From: an uncultured bacterium
Lineage (GTDB): Bacteria > Fidelibacterota > UBA2242
Direction: 5' to 3'
DNA: 51,298 bases
NCBI GenBank assembly: GCA_964546145.1
Contig: CAZJIU010000001.1
Span: 23,132 to 74,429 of the forward strand
Positions within the stretch are counted from its first letter, which is position 1. Each line of letters opens with the position of its first letter. Shown in pieces: positions 1-9,136 of this stretch. The position numbers and the translations under genes were made by a program. The notes under the pieces are model-generated. The model was given only the letters and a program-made list of their open reading frames with translations. It was not told the origin of the DNA and did not search any database.

Positions 1-1
1 G

Positions 2-262
2 GGTAAACTCACCATATCCGTCGGCATTGAAAAATCCAGCTTCTCAATCGCTTTTAAGGATAATGGACCGGGGGTAAGGGCTGAAGATATGCATAAAATA
101 TTTGAGCCGTACTTTACCACAAAGCGCAAAGGTACCGGTCTCGGTCTGGCGGTGGTCAAAAGAATTGTGGAAAATCACGAAGGCGAAGTAGCAATTGCTT
201 CCCAATCTCCCGGTGGGACTACCGTGACGATTAGTTTACCAATAATTTCAACTAATGAATAA
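2..262 (+). CDS. Sensor histidine kinase, C-terminal HATPase_c fragment (5' end lies outside the window)
   Basis: Frame 2 is open from the window edge to TAA at 260-262. The translation ...FKDNGPGVRAEDMHKIFEPYFTTKRKGTGLGLAVVKRIVENHEGEVAI... carries G1 (DNGPG) and G2 (GTGLGL) ATP-lid boxes. It ends 13 nt before a response regulator gene. Confidence 0.8.
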   Translation, partial: GKLTISVGIEKSSFSIAFKDNGPGVRAEDMHKIFEPYFTTKRKGTGLGLAVVKRIVENHEGEVAIASQSPGGTTVTISLPIISTNE

Positions 263-275
263 AATGGATTAGCTA

Positions 276-1637
276 ATGCAAATACTCATTGTTGATGATG
301 AAAAAAACATTCGCCTCTCTTTGTCGAATTTACTGCGGGATGAGGGGCATCAGGTCTTAATGGCGGAAAGTGGTGAAGAGGGACTTCGACAAATTGGAAA
401 GAATCCGATTGATTTGATCTTTCTCGATGTGAAACTGCCTAAAATGAATGGCATCGAAGCACTCCAGCAGATTAAAAAGGAGAATCCAGAGATAGATATC
501 CTGATGATTTCCGGTAATAGTGATATTGACACTGCGGTAAAAGCGGTCAAATTGGGTGCCTATGACTTTATGGAAAAACCACTGTCAATGCCTAAAATTC
601 TGATCACGGTTCAAAACCTAACTGAGAAACGCAGGCTGTTGCAAAAATCTATCATTGGGACAGAAGAACATGAGCTCCGCTATCAACTGATTGGTGAGTC
701 ACCCCAAATTAACAACGTCCGCCAGATGATTACCCGGGTTGCCAAAACCGATGCTAAGGTGCTGATTACGGGGGAGAGCGGAACCGGCAAGGAACTGGTG
801 GCTTATGCTATTCATAGACTGAGCCAGCGATCAAGCTCCCCGTTTGTGACTTTCAACAGCGCGGCAATTCCCAAGGAATTAGTCGAGAGTGAACTCTTTG
901 GCTATGAGAAGGGTGCTTTTACCGGTGCTGATCGTCGTAAGCCGGGAAAGCTGGAAATGGCAAATGGCGGTACCCTCTTTCTGGATGAAATTGGTGATAT
1001 GAATCTTGATGCTCAATCGAAAATTCTACGAGTCATAGAGCAGGGTCAGTTTGAACGGGTCGGCGGTAATCAGAGCATTAAAATTGATGTCCGGATTCTG
1101 GCTGCCACTAATCGTGAGATTAAGGCAATGGTCTCACAGGGAACATTTAGAGAAGATCTGTTTTACCGTCTGAATGTCGTCCCGATTTTTTTACCACCCT
1201 TGAGAGAACGAGAGGGCGATGTCGCGGTTCTGATTGACTATTATCTGGCGTACTATGCCCGGGAAATGAAGGTTGCGCAAAAATCTTTTTCAAAGGACGC
1301 ACTTGAACTACTGTATGAGTACAAGTATCCCGGGAATATTCGCGAACTTAAGAACCTGATTGAGCGGCTTTACATTCTCACTGAGGACAGGACCATCAGC
1401 AAGGGTGATGTATTACCTAATTTACATCCTGAGGCTCTGACCGATAAATCTACTGACGAATTTATTACCGAAACGAACTTTAATCGGGCTAAAGCTGCTT
1501 TTGAGAAACATTATCTTATGAGAAAATTGAAATCCGTCAACTGGAATATCAGTCGTGCTGCGGTTGAGCTTGGTTTGCAGCAGTCCAATCTATCGCGCAA
1601 GCTAAAATCGCTGGGGATAGAGATTCCTTCCCGCTAA
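276..1637 (+). CDS. Sigma54-dependent response regulator (NtrC/AtoC family: receiver + AAA+ + Fis-type HTH)
   Basis: 453-aa ORF. It has an N-terminal receiver domain (ILIVDDE, acceptor Asp in IFLDVKLPKMNG), a Walker A motif GESGTGKE, the sigma54-contact loop ESELFGYEKGAFTGA, and a C-terminal HTH NISRAAVELGLQQSNLSRKLK. Confidence 0.9.
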   Translation: MQILIVDDEKNIRLSLSNLLRDEGHQVLMAESGEEGLRQIGKNPIDLIFLDVKLPKMNGIEALQQIKKENPEIDILMISGNSDIDTAVKAVKLGAYDFMEKPLSMPKILITVQNLTEKRRLLQKSIIGTEEHELRYQLIGESPQINNVRQMITRVAKTDAKVLITGESGTGKELVAYAIHRLSQRSSSPFVTFNSAAIPKELVESELFGYEKGAFTGADRRKPGKLEMANGGTLFLDEIGDMNLDAQSKILRVIEQGQFERVGGNQSIKIDVRILAATNREIKAMVSQGTFREDLFYRLNVVPIFLPPLREREGDVAVLIDYYLAYYAREMKVAQKSFSKDALELLYEYKYPGNIRELKNLIERLYILTEDRTISKGDVLPNLHPEALTDKSTDEFITETNFNRAKAAFEKHYLMRKLKSVNWNISRAAVELGLQQSNLSRKLKSLGIEIPSR

Positions 1638-1658
1638 GCTTGGTGTAGATTTTCTTGT

Positions 1659-2750
1659 TTATTTTGCGATGTTTGACGCTAGTCTGCTGCCGTAGGACAA
1701 CCAGAAGGATTCGCACTTATTGATCTCTTGTTCAATTCTACCACAGATGTTATCCCGATGGGATTTGGCTGCCAGTTTGATGGCGTTGGTAATTGCTTTG
1801 GCCTTTGAGCGCCCGTGAGCTTTGATTACTATTTTTTTGAAGCCTAAAAATGGTGCCCCGCCGTATTCGGAATAATCGGTAGTGCTTTTGAGCTGCTTAA
1901 TGCCGCTGGATAGGGCAATCAGTCCTAGGCGCCATAGAAAACGTCGTTTGAAAGCGTAGCGTCCCAGATGCGAGAGTGTTTCGGCAACTCCTTCAATGGT
2001 TTTCGTTACGATATTGCCGACGTATCCTTCGGTTACAACGACATCGGAAAGGCCTAACATAACGTCATTACCCTCAATGTTGCCGATAAAATTAATTTCC
2101 GGCATCTCGCTGAGCATTTTGTAAACTTTACTCAACAAATCACCACCCTTGTAAGCCTCTTTGCCAATATTTAGCAGTGCTACCGTCGGATTTTGGATTC
2201 CTTTGATGTCAGAGGCGTAAATCTTTCCCATCAGGGCAAATTGAATCATATCTTCAGCGGTGCAGTGAATATTTGCACCAATATCCAGGATCAAAGAGAA
2301 GTGATCCTTACGCCCTTGGGCATTTCTGGTAGGGTAAACCGAGGCAATTGCGGTTTTTCGGACTCTCGATATTCTGGGGATGTTGAGTGATGCGGCAAGA
2401 ACGTAAGCGCCGGTATTACCCGCTGAAACCATTCCCTGGGCTCTGTTTTCGGCACACAATTTTGCAGCCAGCAACATGGATGAATTTTGTTTGTTACGAA
2501 TGGCTTCCCGGGGTGTATCATCCATGGTAACGACCTGATCAGTGTGCACAATTTCGATCTGGTCATGATTATATTCGGTATTATCTAGTATCCGGTTAAT
2601 CTGATTTTCATCACCGATCAGGATTACGTGAACCGGGGACTCGATTGTGGCTGCAGCTGCTCCTGCTACTATCTCCTCAGGAGCATTATCACCCCCCATC
2701 GCATCCACGGCGATGGAAGTGATTGCTTCAATATTGGGTTTTTTACTCAT
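1659..2750 (-). CDS. plsX: Phosphate acyltransferase PlsX
   Basis: N-terminal IAVDAMGGDNAPEEIV signature and overall PlsX-like length. The ORF is open to a TTG at 2771, but ATG at 2750 (MSKKPNIEAITSIAVDAMGGD) gives the usual short N-terminus. Confidence 0.88.
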   Translation of the reverse strand: MSKKPNIEAITSIAVDAMGGDNAPEEIVAGAAAATIESPVHVILIGDENQINRILDNTEYNHDQIEIVHTDQVVTMDDTPREAIRNKQNSSMLLAAKLCAENRAQGMVSAGNTGAYVLAASLNIPRISRVRKTAIASVYPTRNAQGRKDHFSLILDIGANIHCTAEDMIQFALMGKIYASDIKGIQNPTVALLNIGKEAYKGGDLLSKVYKMLSEMPEINFIGNIEGNDVMLGLSDVVVTEGYVGNIVTKTIEGVAETLSHLGRYAFKRRFLWRLGLIALSSGIKQLKSTTDYSEYGGAPFLGFKKIVIKAHGRSKAKAITNAIKLAAKSHRDNICGRIEQEINKCESFWLSYGSRLASNIAK

Positions 2751-2785
2751 ATTTAAATTTAATTCTTTCAATTATTTTACGAAAA

Positions 2786-3703
2786 TTATTTACCAAGCAG
2801 GGCCCGTAGGTTACGATAGAATCTATTATACTTTAATCTCCCAATCGAGCTTTGTTTGAACTGCAATCTAAATTCCTCTTCGGTAATTGCCAACCATTCT
2901 GGTTCAGTTTTTTGAAAATAATTCCAGAGACTCAGGTAGGCTGGATCAGTTTTGTTCTCAGCCCATTTTTGATTCCAGGGACAGCACTCCTGACAGATGT
3001 CGCATCCGTAAAGCCAGTTTTCGAATTTGGATATTTCAAGATCGGTAAGATTGCCTTTCTTTTCAATAGTTAAATAAGAGATACACTGCCGGGCGTCTAT
3101 CAATCCCGGGGCGATGATTGCACCGGTTGGGCAGGCATCCATACAAGCTCGACAGCTGCCGCAGAGATTTTCAGCTTTTAAATTATTTTCGAAGGGTAAG
3201 TTCAGCAGAATTATTCCTAAAAAACAGTACGAGCCTTGGTTTTTGACGATTAGAATCGAGTTCTTGCCAATCCATCCCAGACCAGCTTGCTCGGCAAGCG
3301 CTTTCTCAATTGCCGGACCACTGTCAACAAATATTTTGCTAATGATGCCCGGATTATCGTGCCGAAGATTATTTAAAAGTAGATTCAATTTACGTTTAAT
3401 AACTAGATGATAATCCATTCCCCATGCGTGACGAGAGATGCGCACCGTATTGCCGGGATATGCCCGCTGACAATAATATTTGTCGGCAACTACCAACGCC
3501 GATTTCGCCCAGGGGAATTTTTGACGTAGATCAAAGTGCGATGCTAAATCTTTCTTCATCCAACTCATAGTGCCCTGGTAGCCAGATTCTAGCCATAAAA
3601 GTAACCTTTGCCGATAGTGATTATCTACATAGGGTGGCGAGATGCCGACAGCGACGAATCCACACTGGAGAGCTAGTTGCTTTATACGATCGAATGAATC
3701 CAT
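2786..3703 (-). CDS. queG: Epoxyqueuosine reductase QueG (tRNA queuosine biosynthesis)
   Basis: Two 4Fe-4S ferredoxin motifs, CGSCRACMDACPTGAI and CDICQECCPWN, in QueG-like surrounding sequence. ATG at 3703 (MDSFDRIKQLALQCGF) is preferred over the TTG at 3736. Confidence 0.85.
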   Translation of the reverse strand: MDSFDRIKQLALQCGFVAVGISPPYVDNHYRQRLLLWLESGYQGTMSWMKKDLASHFDLRQKFPWAKSALVVADKYYCQRAYPGNTVRISRHAWGMDYHLVIKRKLNLLLNNLRHDNPGIISKIFVDSGPAIEKALAEQAGLGWIGKNSILIVKNQGSYCFLGIILLNLPFENNLKAENLCGSCRACMDACPTGAIIAPGLIDARQCISYLTIEKKGNLTDLEISKFENWLYGCDICQECCPWNQKWAENKTDPAYLSLWNYFQKTEPEWLAITEEEFRLQFKQSSIGRLKYNRFYRNLRALLGK

Positions 3704-3808
3704 GGTTAAATTTAACCAATAGCTAATGTGACACAAATCAGATTAAAATAATTGATGTTGGGAAATTGCCTTGATAGATTTTATATTTACTGCAAATAGA
3801 GAAGGAAC

Positions 3809-4312
3809 ATGGGTGATTTAGCGAAATTATTTAATAACGAAATTGAAAAAGAACATGACAACGGTAATGGGATAAGCTCCTCGTCAGATGATACCAGAAA
3901 GAAAGTTCTATTCGTTTGTACGGGGAATTCGGTGCGTAGCCAAATGGCTGAGGCACTGCTGCGGACTTATGGCGGCGATAAATTCGAAGCCTTTAGTGCA
4001 GGAACCACACCCGCCGGGATCCACGCCTTAACCAGGCAGGTATTAGCCGAGATGAATGTTACGACGGAGGGACAATATAGCAAGCATATAGACGAATTCG
4101 CCGATATCGAGTTCGACTATGTTATTCCTTTATGTGAGGTCGCGGCTCTCAGCTGCGTCAATATTACGGGTGATCACGAGCGGATCAACTGGTATATTGA
4201 TGATCCGATTCGGGTTTTGGGTGATGATGAGCGTAAACTGATGGCTTTTCGGATTACGCGCAACATCCTCAAACAGAAGGTGCTGAAGTTTATTGATGAA
4301 AATGGAAAATAG
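3809..4312 (+). CDS. arsC: Low-molecular-weight phosphatase family protein, thioredoxin-coupled ArsC-like arsenate reductase
   Basis: CX5R P-loop VLFVCTGNSVRSQMAE, a downstream Cys pair in PLCEVAALSC (7-residue spacing, like Cys82/Cys89 of the staphylococcal ArsC type), and a DDP motif. About 30 aa of N-terminal low-complexity extension. Confidence 0.65.
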   Translation: MGDLAKLFNNEIEKEHDNGNGISSSSDDTRKKVLFVCTGNSVRSQMAEALLRTYGGDKFEAFSAGTTPAGIHALTRQVLAEMNVTTEGQYSKHIDEFADIEFDYVIPLCEVAALSCVNITGDHERINWYIDDPIRVLGDDERKLMAFRITRNILKQKVLKFIDENGK

Positions 4313-4354
4313 GGAAACTCTGCCCGACAAGAGCATTGATATTTATTGAGAATT

Positions 4355-5077
4355 CTAACGCTTTCGTAAAACCCATAATTTTCCTAATAGATTCTCCAGA
4401 ACACCACCTAATTTTTCATCACGCGCAGTGGTGACATCAGGTTCGTTGTAAAGTACAACGTAGGGTACTTGAATACCTTTAACTGTTATGAATTCAGGAT
4501 CGGCGCCCTTGAATTCTTCCCAGTCGCATTGTTCGTAAAGCCGCTTCAATTTGGTATCCGGTAAGCCATGTTCGAGAATGCTATCCGGCTTAGCCGGATT
4601 AAATCGCTTACGATTCTTCCTAAGCGATTCCTCGAACGGTACGTCAATATAGAAAATTGCCGCCTTTTCCAAAATCTCTCGCGAAAGGTGCAAATAGGCC
4701 TCTTTATAACCACCATGCTCCGTCCCGCGTGAGAATTCGACCAGCGTGGTGATATTGGCATAGTAATCTTCATGGTCGCGCAGTCGTTTGGAATAGTCCA
4801 TCGAAATGCGCTCGACCAGCAGGTGCCAGAGATATTCCCAGAGAAAATAGCCGTCTTTGTCGGAGTGGATGCGGGGTTTCCCCATCAGTTTTTCCAGGAT
4901 AGCATCCTCTTCGAACCAGGTCCAGAGCATTGGGAAATCATCAATCTCATCGAGTTTTCCAATATGAAAGCGGCTGGCTCGGTCGGCATCAGAGGTTTTT
5001 TTAAGATAATCTATGACTTCCGATTTTCCGGATGCCGGGCGACCATTTAGAATAATAATGTCAAAAATATTGTTCAT
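4355..5077 (-). CDS. Uncharacterised P-loop NTPase / kinase-like protein
   Basis: 240-aa ORF with Walker A LNGRPASGKSEV at residues 10-21, a Walker-B-like TLVEFSRG, and a basic lid-like segment RKNRKRF. It starts 18 nt downstream of the MFS gene on the same strand. No specific kinase family recognised. Confidence 0.5.
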   Translation of the reverse strand: MNNIFDIIILNGRPASGKSEVIDYLKKTSDADRASRFHIGKLDEIDDFPMLWTWFEEDAILEKLMGKPRIHSDKDGYFLWEYLWHLLVERISMDYSKRLRDHEDYYANITTLVEFSRGTEHGGYKEAYLHLSREILEKAAIFYIDVPFEESLRKNRKRFNPAKPDSILEHGLPDTKLKRLYEQCDWEEFKGADPEFITVKGIQVPYVVLYNEPDVTTARDEKLGGVLENLLGKLWVLRKR

Positions 5078-5095
5078 CGAATGACTCCTTTTTGA

Positions 5096-6475
5096 TTAGT
5101 GGGTTACTTTGCCTTTGGGGAGAACGTTCCAGAGACGCGACATGACCAAAACCCCGATAATGGCAAATGGAATCGGCCAGAGTTTCCAGGCTTGCCAGCC
5201 CCAGTAGGTGGTAATATTGCCTACGGCCCATCCGGCAATCGCACCAGCCAAGTATTGAATACCATCTATCAGGCCAACGGCTGTCCCGGCTGCCTTGCGA
5301 CCGCCGAAGTCCATTGTGGCAGCTCCACAAATCATACCATGTGATCCATTGACAAAAAAGGAAAGACAGGCTATAAGAATTGCTGCTGCTATGGGTCCGA
5401 GTTGGAAGAGGTCAGAGAAATAGAAAAGAGTCAGAATAACTGTCATGCCGATAAACCCGAATACGATTACCGGTGCCCTGCGCCCGTTGTAAACACGGTC
5501 AGAACTGATCCCAAATACGAATCCGCCAATAATGCCAAGAATCGCGATTCCCCAGGCGGTTAGTTGCGGTGCCAATTCAGTACCACTAACCCCTTGCATT
5601 TCTTTATAGTATACCGGCCACCAGGCATCCACAATACTCCGTCGCACAAATCCGATCATCATTGATCCAATAGCAATTGTCCACATAATTTTATTTCCAA
5701 AAACCTTAATGAGGACCTCTTTTAAGCTGACTTTTTCATTAACATCTACCGAACCGTCGCCGGTATCGAGTTCGGGATACCCAGCCTCAGCTGGTGTATC
5801 TTTGACAAAGAAGATAGTCAGAACAAATAGAATTGCTACAACTATGGCCGGAATCCAGAAAGCCCATTGCCAGGCTAGATATTTTACAATTAGCGGCGTG
5901 CCCGAGAAGGCCAGAATCAAGCCGAAACGAATCAGAACCCCAAAGATTGCGGAGAATGTGCCGCGTTCCTTGATGTGAAACCACTGAGCATTTATTTTAA
6001 CGATTGATAATGCTCCGAAGGATTGGAAATATCCATTGACTGCCCAGATAATCGCTAAAGTCCAGAGCAAGGTCATCTTGTCAAGTCCGTAAGATAATAC
6101 AGCTGAACCAAGCAATGTTTTACCTTCCCAACTGGCTGGCGATTGTATTAGAAGGTGGGCTGATCCGAATAATCCATTCATGATAATAACTCCGCCAGCG
6201 CCGATCAAGAAAGCCTTGCGGCCACCAATTTTATCGGCAAGTGGACCATTAATTACCACGGAAAGGCCATAAACAAGAGGCAGTAACATTTCAAAGATCC
6301 GCAGGTCCAGTTTCGTCCATCCGAATACTGTCTGTAGGGTTGGGGCAATAGCGGAAAAATTATAGCGTGACATATAGAAAAACGAGTAGAGAAAGCCAAT
6401 AATAATCCAATTTTGTACCCGGCGGTATTTAAAATCAGTTGAGTAAACCGGGAGTTCAGCTGTATTCGCGGTCAT
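5096..6475 (-). CDS. MFS transporter, organophosphate:Pi antiporter (GlpT/UhpC-like) family
   Basis: 459 aa and about 12 hydrophobic segments. The N-terminal FFYMSRYNFSAIAPTL plus GPLADKIGGRK motifs resemble the GlpT/UhpC pattern (RKNF...P; D-R/K-x-G-R-R/K loop). Confidence 0.7.
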   Translation of the reverse strand: MTANTAELPVYSTDFKYRRVQNWIIIGFLYSFFYMSRYNFSAIAPTLQTVFGWTKLDLRIFEMLLPLVYGLSVVINGPLADKIGGRKAFLIGAGGVIIMNGLFGSAHLLIQSPASWEGKTLLGSAVLSYGLDKMTLLWTLAIIWAVNGYFQSFGALSIVKINAQWFHIKERGTFSAIFGVLIRFGLILAFSGTPLIVKYLAWQWAFWIPAIVVAILFVLTIFFVKDTPAEAGYPELDTGDGSVDVNEKVSLKEVLIKVFGNKIMWTIAIGSMMIGFVRRSIVDAWWPVYYKEMQGVSGTELAPQLTAWGIAILGIIGGFVFGISSDRVYNGRRAPVIVFGFIGMTVILTLFYFSDLFQLGPIAAAILIACLSFFVNGSHGMICGAATMDFGGRKAAGTAVGLIDGIQYLAGAIAGWAVGNITTYWGWQAWKLWPIPFAIIGVLVMSRLWNVLPKGKVTH

Positions 6476-6578
6476 ATGAATCTCCTTGGAAACGTTAGTT
6501 CGCGATAAGATTTTCGGTCATTATTAACGATAGAACGAGGTAAAATTAGACATTCGAATTGTAAAACCAAACTTTATT

Positions 6579-8270
6579 TTGGCTACTTTATTGACTAACT
6601 TAAGCCCCATGAAAGAAATCGAATTAATTATTGATCGAAGTGAACCGCTGACGGTTGAGGTTGGGCAAACAATCCGGGAAGTTCTGCGAAAGTACAAGGC
6701 AGATGAGCTTTTCTTAGATTATGTGGCGATTAAGAATGGTATTTTTACCTCTTTGAGTGAGCCTATCAATGAAAACGCTTGTATCGTGACTTTTAAGGAC
6801 TTTTTTGAATCTTCCCGGCGGGCCTATGAAAATGCTGCGATTCTGATTTTACAGAGCGCAATTGAAAAAGTGCTGCCCGGACGAACCATGTATGTACTAA
6901 ATAGTATGTGTGATGGAGTGTACTGTGAGTTGGATGATCATAAACCGCTCGAATCAGAAGCGCTTGAGGCGATAATCCGTGGCTTCGACACAATTGTGGC
7001 AGCTGATTTACCCATAACGCCAGTGCTATGTACCCGCATCGAGGCCCAAGCTTATTTCTCGAAAAACGGTTACGCGGTTACGGGCAACTTGATCAAACAT
7101 AGTGCTTTAAATTATATTGTTTTATATACCTTAAGAGATAAAAGGTACTGGCTGCCATCTCCTCCCGCACCCTCGACCGGCCTAATCCAGGTTTATCAAA
7201 TTAGAGATTACAAAAATGGCTTCATTCTCAGAAGTCCGGTTGAGGGCGCGCCGCATACCATTCAGCCTTTTTATGATCAGGAGCGGTTGTACGAAATTTT
7301 TAATGAAGCAGAACACTGGGGTAATATCTTAGACTTAAAATGTGTCAGTCAGTTGAATGATCTGGTTACCGGTGGCAATATCTCTGAAATGATCAAGATA
7401 TCTGAAGCCCTGCATGAAAAGAAAATTGCTGCTATTGCTGATAAAATTGATACATCGCCGGGCGACAAGCGCTTGATTTTTGCTGCTGGGCCCTCATCTT
7501 CAGGTAAGACGACTTTTATGAAACGCCTTTATATCCAGCTGCGCGTCCTGGGGTATCGTGTAATTAGTCTCTCACTGGATGATTATTATAAGGACCGCGA
7601 TGAGATCTTACGCGAACAAGGTGATAATGTCAATTTTGAAACGCTTGATGCATTGGACCTGAAACTCTTAAATACCCAGCTAAAGGATCTAATCGCTGGC
7701 AAGCAAGTGACACCGCCTATCTACGATTTTCATCAGGGTAAAAAAGTTACCGGACGGTCACCAATCAAAGCCGACCCCAATACTCTCTTTATCATCGAAG
7801 GGATCCATGGGATTAATCCGCATTTGACCCAGGATATTGATGATCGCTATAAATTTAAAATATATATAAGTGCCCTGACCCATCTGAATTTTGATAATAT
7901 TAATCGGTTTCCTACCCATGATGCCCGGCTGATCCGGCGCATCGTCCGGGATCAGAAATTTAGGGGTTATTCTGCTGCTCAGACGATTAATATCTGGAAA
8001 AGTGTAATCGAGGGAGAGAAACGGTATATATTTAAATACCAGGGTAAGGCAGACGTTATGTTTAATTCTTCTTTGCCCTATGAATTCGGGATCTTAAAAC
8101 AATCCGCCGAGCTGGCTCTCAAGACAGTCCAAGAGGATGATCCCAGTCACCCTGAATCGGAGCGGCTATTGAACATCCTGTCCTATTTTCTTCCGATTGA
8201 TGACAATGAAGTACCGCCGACCTCAATAATTAGGGAGTTTATCGGTGACAGTTCATTCAAATATCATTGA
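6579..8270 (+). CDS. Uridine/nucleoside kinase fused to an N-terminal TGS/ThrRS-additional-domain-like region
   Basis: The C-terminal half has the PRK/uridine-kinase Walker A AAGPSSSGKTTF, LSLDDYY, and IIEGIHG motifs. The N-terminal ~290 aa resembles a TGS + ThrRS second-additional-domain fold. The start is either TTG at 6579 or ATG at 6609 (MKEIELI). Confidence 0.7.
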   Translation: MATLLTNLSPMKEIELIIDRSEPLTVEVGQTIREVLRKYKADELFLDYVAIKNGIFTSLSEPINENACIVTFKDFFESSRRAYENAAILILQSAIEKVLPGRTMYVLNSMCDGVYCELDDHKPLESEALEAIIRGFDTIVAADLPITPVLCTRIEAQAYFSKNGYAVTGNLIKHSALNYIVLYTLRDKRYWLPSPPAPSTGLIQVYQIRDYKNGFILRSPVEGAPHTIQPFYDQERLYEIFNEAEHWGNILDLKCVSQLNDLVTGGNISEMIKISEALHEKKIAAIADKIDTSPGDKRLIFAAGPSSSGKTTFMKRLYIQLRVLGYRVISLSLDDYYKDRDEILREQGDNVNFETLDALDLKLLNTQLKDLIAGKQVTPPIYDFHQGKKVTGRSPIKADPNTLFIIEGIHGINPHLTQDIDDRYKFKIYISALTHLNFDNINRFPTHDARLIRRIVRDQKFRGYSAAQTINIWKSVIEGEKRYIFKYQGKADVMFNSSLPYEFGILKQSAELALKTVQEDDPSHPESERLLNILSYFLPIDDNEVPPTSIIREFIGDSSFKYH

Positions 8271-8277
8271 TCGTGTA

Positions 8278-8700
8278 CTAAAAGGGGATTTCTTCATCCC
8301 CGGCGGCAGTAGTGTCTTCGTCAGCCGCCGTTGGTTCTTCTTGTTTGCCTTTGCCGATAAAGCTGCCTAGGGTCACAATTTGATTAACTTGGATTTCGGA
8401 CCGGCTTCTCTTTTGACCTTCCTTGTCTTCCCATTGTCTGTTCTGCAACCGACCTTCAACGTACACCAGCTGACCCTTCTTCAGATATTCTTTGGCAAAT
8501 TCAGCCTGGGCACGCCAGAGTACCAGGTTATGCCATTCTGTCTTTTCGCTCCGCTCCCCATTCTTGTCTTTGATTGATTCCGTAGTTGCCAGTGAAACGT
8601 CAGCAACGGCATCACCAGCAGGGGTATAACGCACTTCAGGATCTCTTCCCAGATGACCGACCAGTATAACCTTGTTAATGCTACCCTTGGGAATAGCCAT
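8278..8700 (-). CDS. ssb: Single-stranded DNA-binding protein
   Basis: OB-fold N-terminus ([25 protein letters not shown]...WHNLVLW), a Gly/acidic linker and the canonical acidic tip DEEIPF. Confidence 0.95.
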   Translation of the reverse strand: MAIPKGSINKVILVGHLGRDPEVRYTPAGDAVADVSLATTESIKDKNGERSEKTEWHNLVLWRAQAEFAKEYLKKGQLVYVEGRLQNRQWEDKEGQKRSRSEIQVNQIVTLGSFIGKGKQEEPTAADEDTTAAGDEEIPF

Positions 8701-8847
8701 AATTGTTCCTCCCTTCTAAAATTACATTCGCCATCTTCACTGCTTATGTAAAGCTAATGGCATTCATTGTTAGTATACTAATATTCATTTAATTTGTCAA
8801 TACTTTTAAATATGTGATTTTTATTAAAAATTATTGTTAGTCGGCAA

Positions 8848-8876
8848 TTGACTGTGAGTAAAATGAATCCTAAATT
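8848..8876 (+). promoter_or_regulatory. Putative sigma70-type promoter facing the small membrane ORFs
   Basis: TTGACT (8848-8853), a 17-nt spacer, then TAAATT (8871-8876). It sits in an AT-rich intergenic stretch about 60 nt upstream of the 8936 ORF. This is a motif match only. Confidence 0.2.
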
Positions 8877-8935
8877 AAACAATGTTGGAATTTTAGCACT
8901 GCATGTTGTCGAGTATAGAGTAACAAGAAAACATT

Positions 8936-9136
8936 GTGAAGAAATCACGCCGAGCCAAGAAGAAAAAGTTTACAATTCCTTTTGACGTAGCAATGTTAGT
9001 TTTAATAGGGTCTTTAATGTTTTTACTTTTTACCGTGACTAACTGGGTGTGCAAAACGAGAGACAAAGATGACGAATCTATTACCAACTTTAGATTAACT
9101 TATGAAATCCAACTATTAGAAAAGGGGTGGAAGTAA
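8936..9136 (+). CDS. Hypothetical small membrane protein (66 aa; basic N-terminus + 1 TM)
   Basis: GTG-start ORF encoding MKKSRRAKKKKFTIPFDVAMLVLIGSLMFLLFTVTNW... Its TAA stop shares an A with the ATG of the next ORF (TAATG at 9134-9138). No clear SD sequence. Competing antisense ORFs exist in this AT-rich stretch. Confidence 0.3.
   Translation: MKKSRRAKKKKFTIPFDVAMLVLIGSLMFLLFTVTNWVCKTRDKDDESITNFRLTYEIQLLEKGWK

Noticed and set aside
8271-8277. Only 7 nt between the convergent stops of the nucleoside-kinase fusion and ssb, leaving no room for terminators
   Set aside because: This is unusual packing, but no structure or motif is present to interpret. It probably reflects read-through or termination inside the opposing gene.
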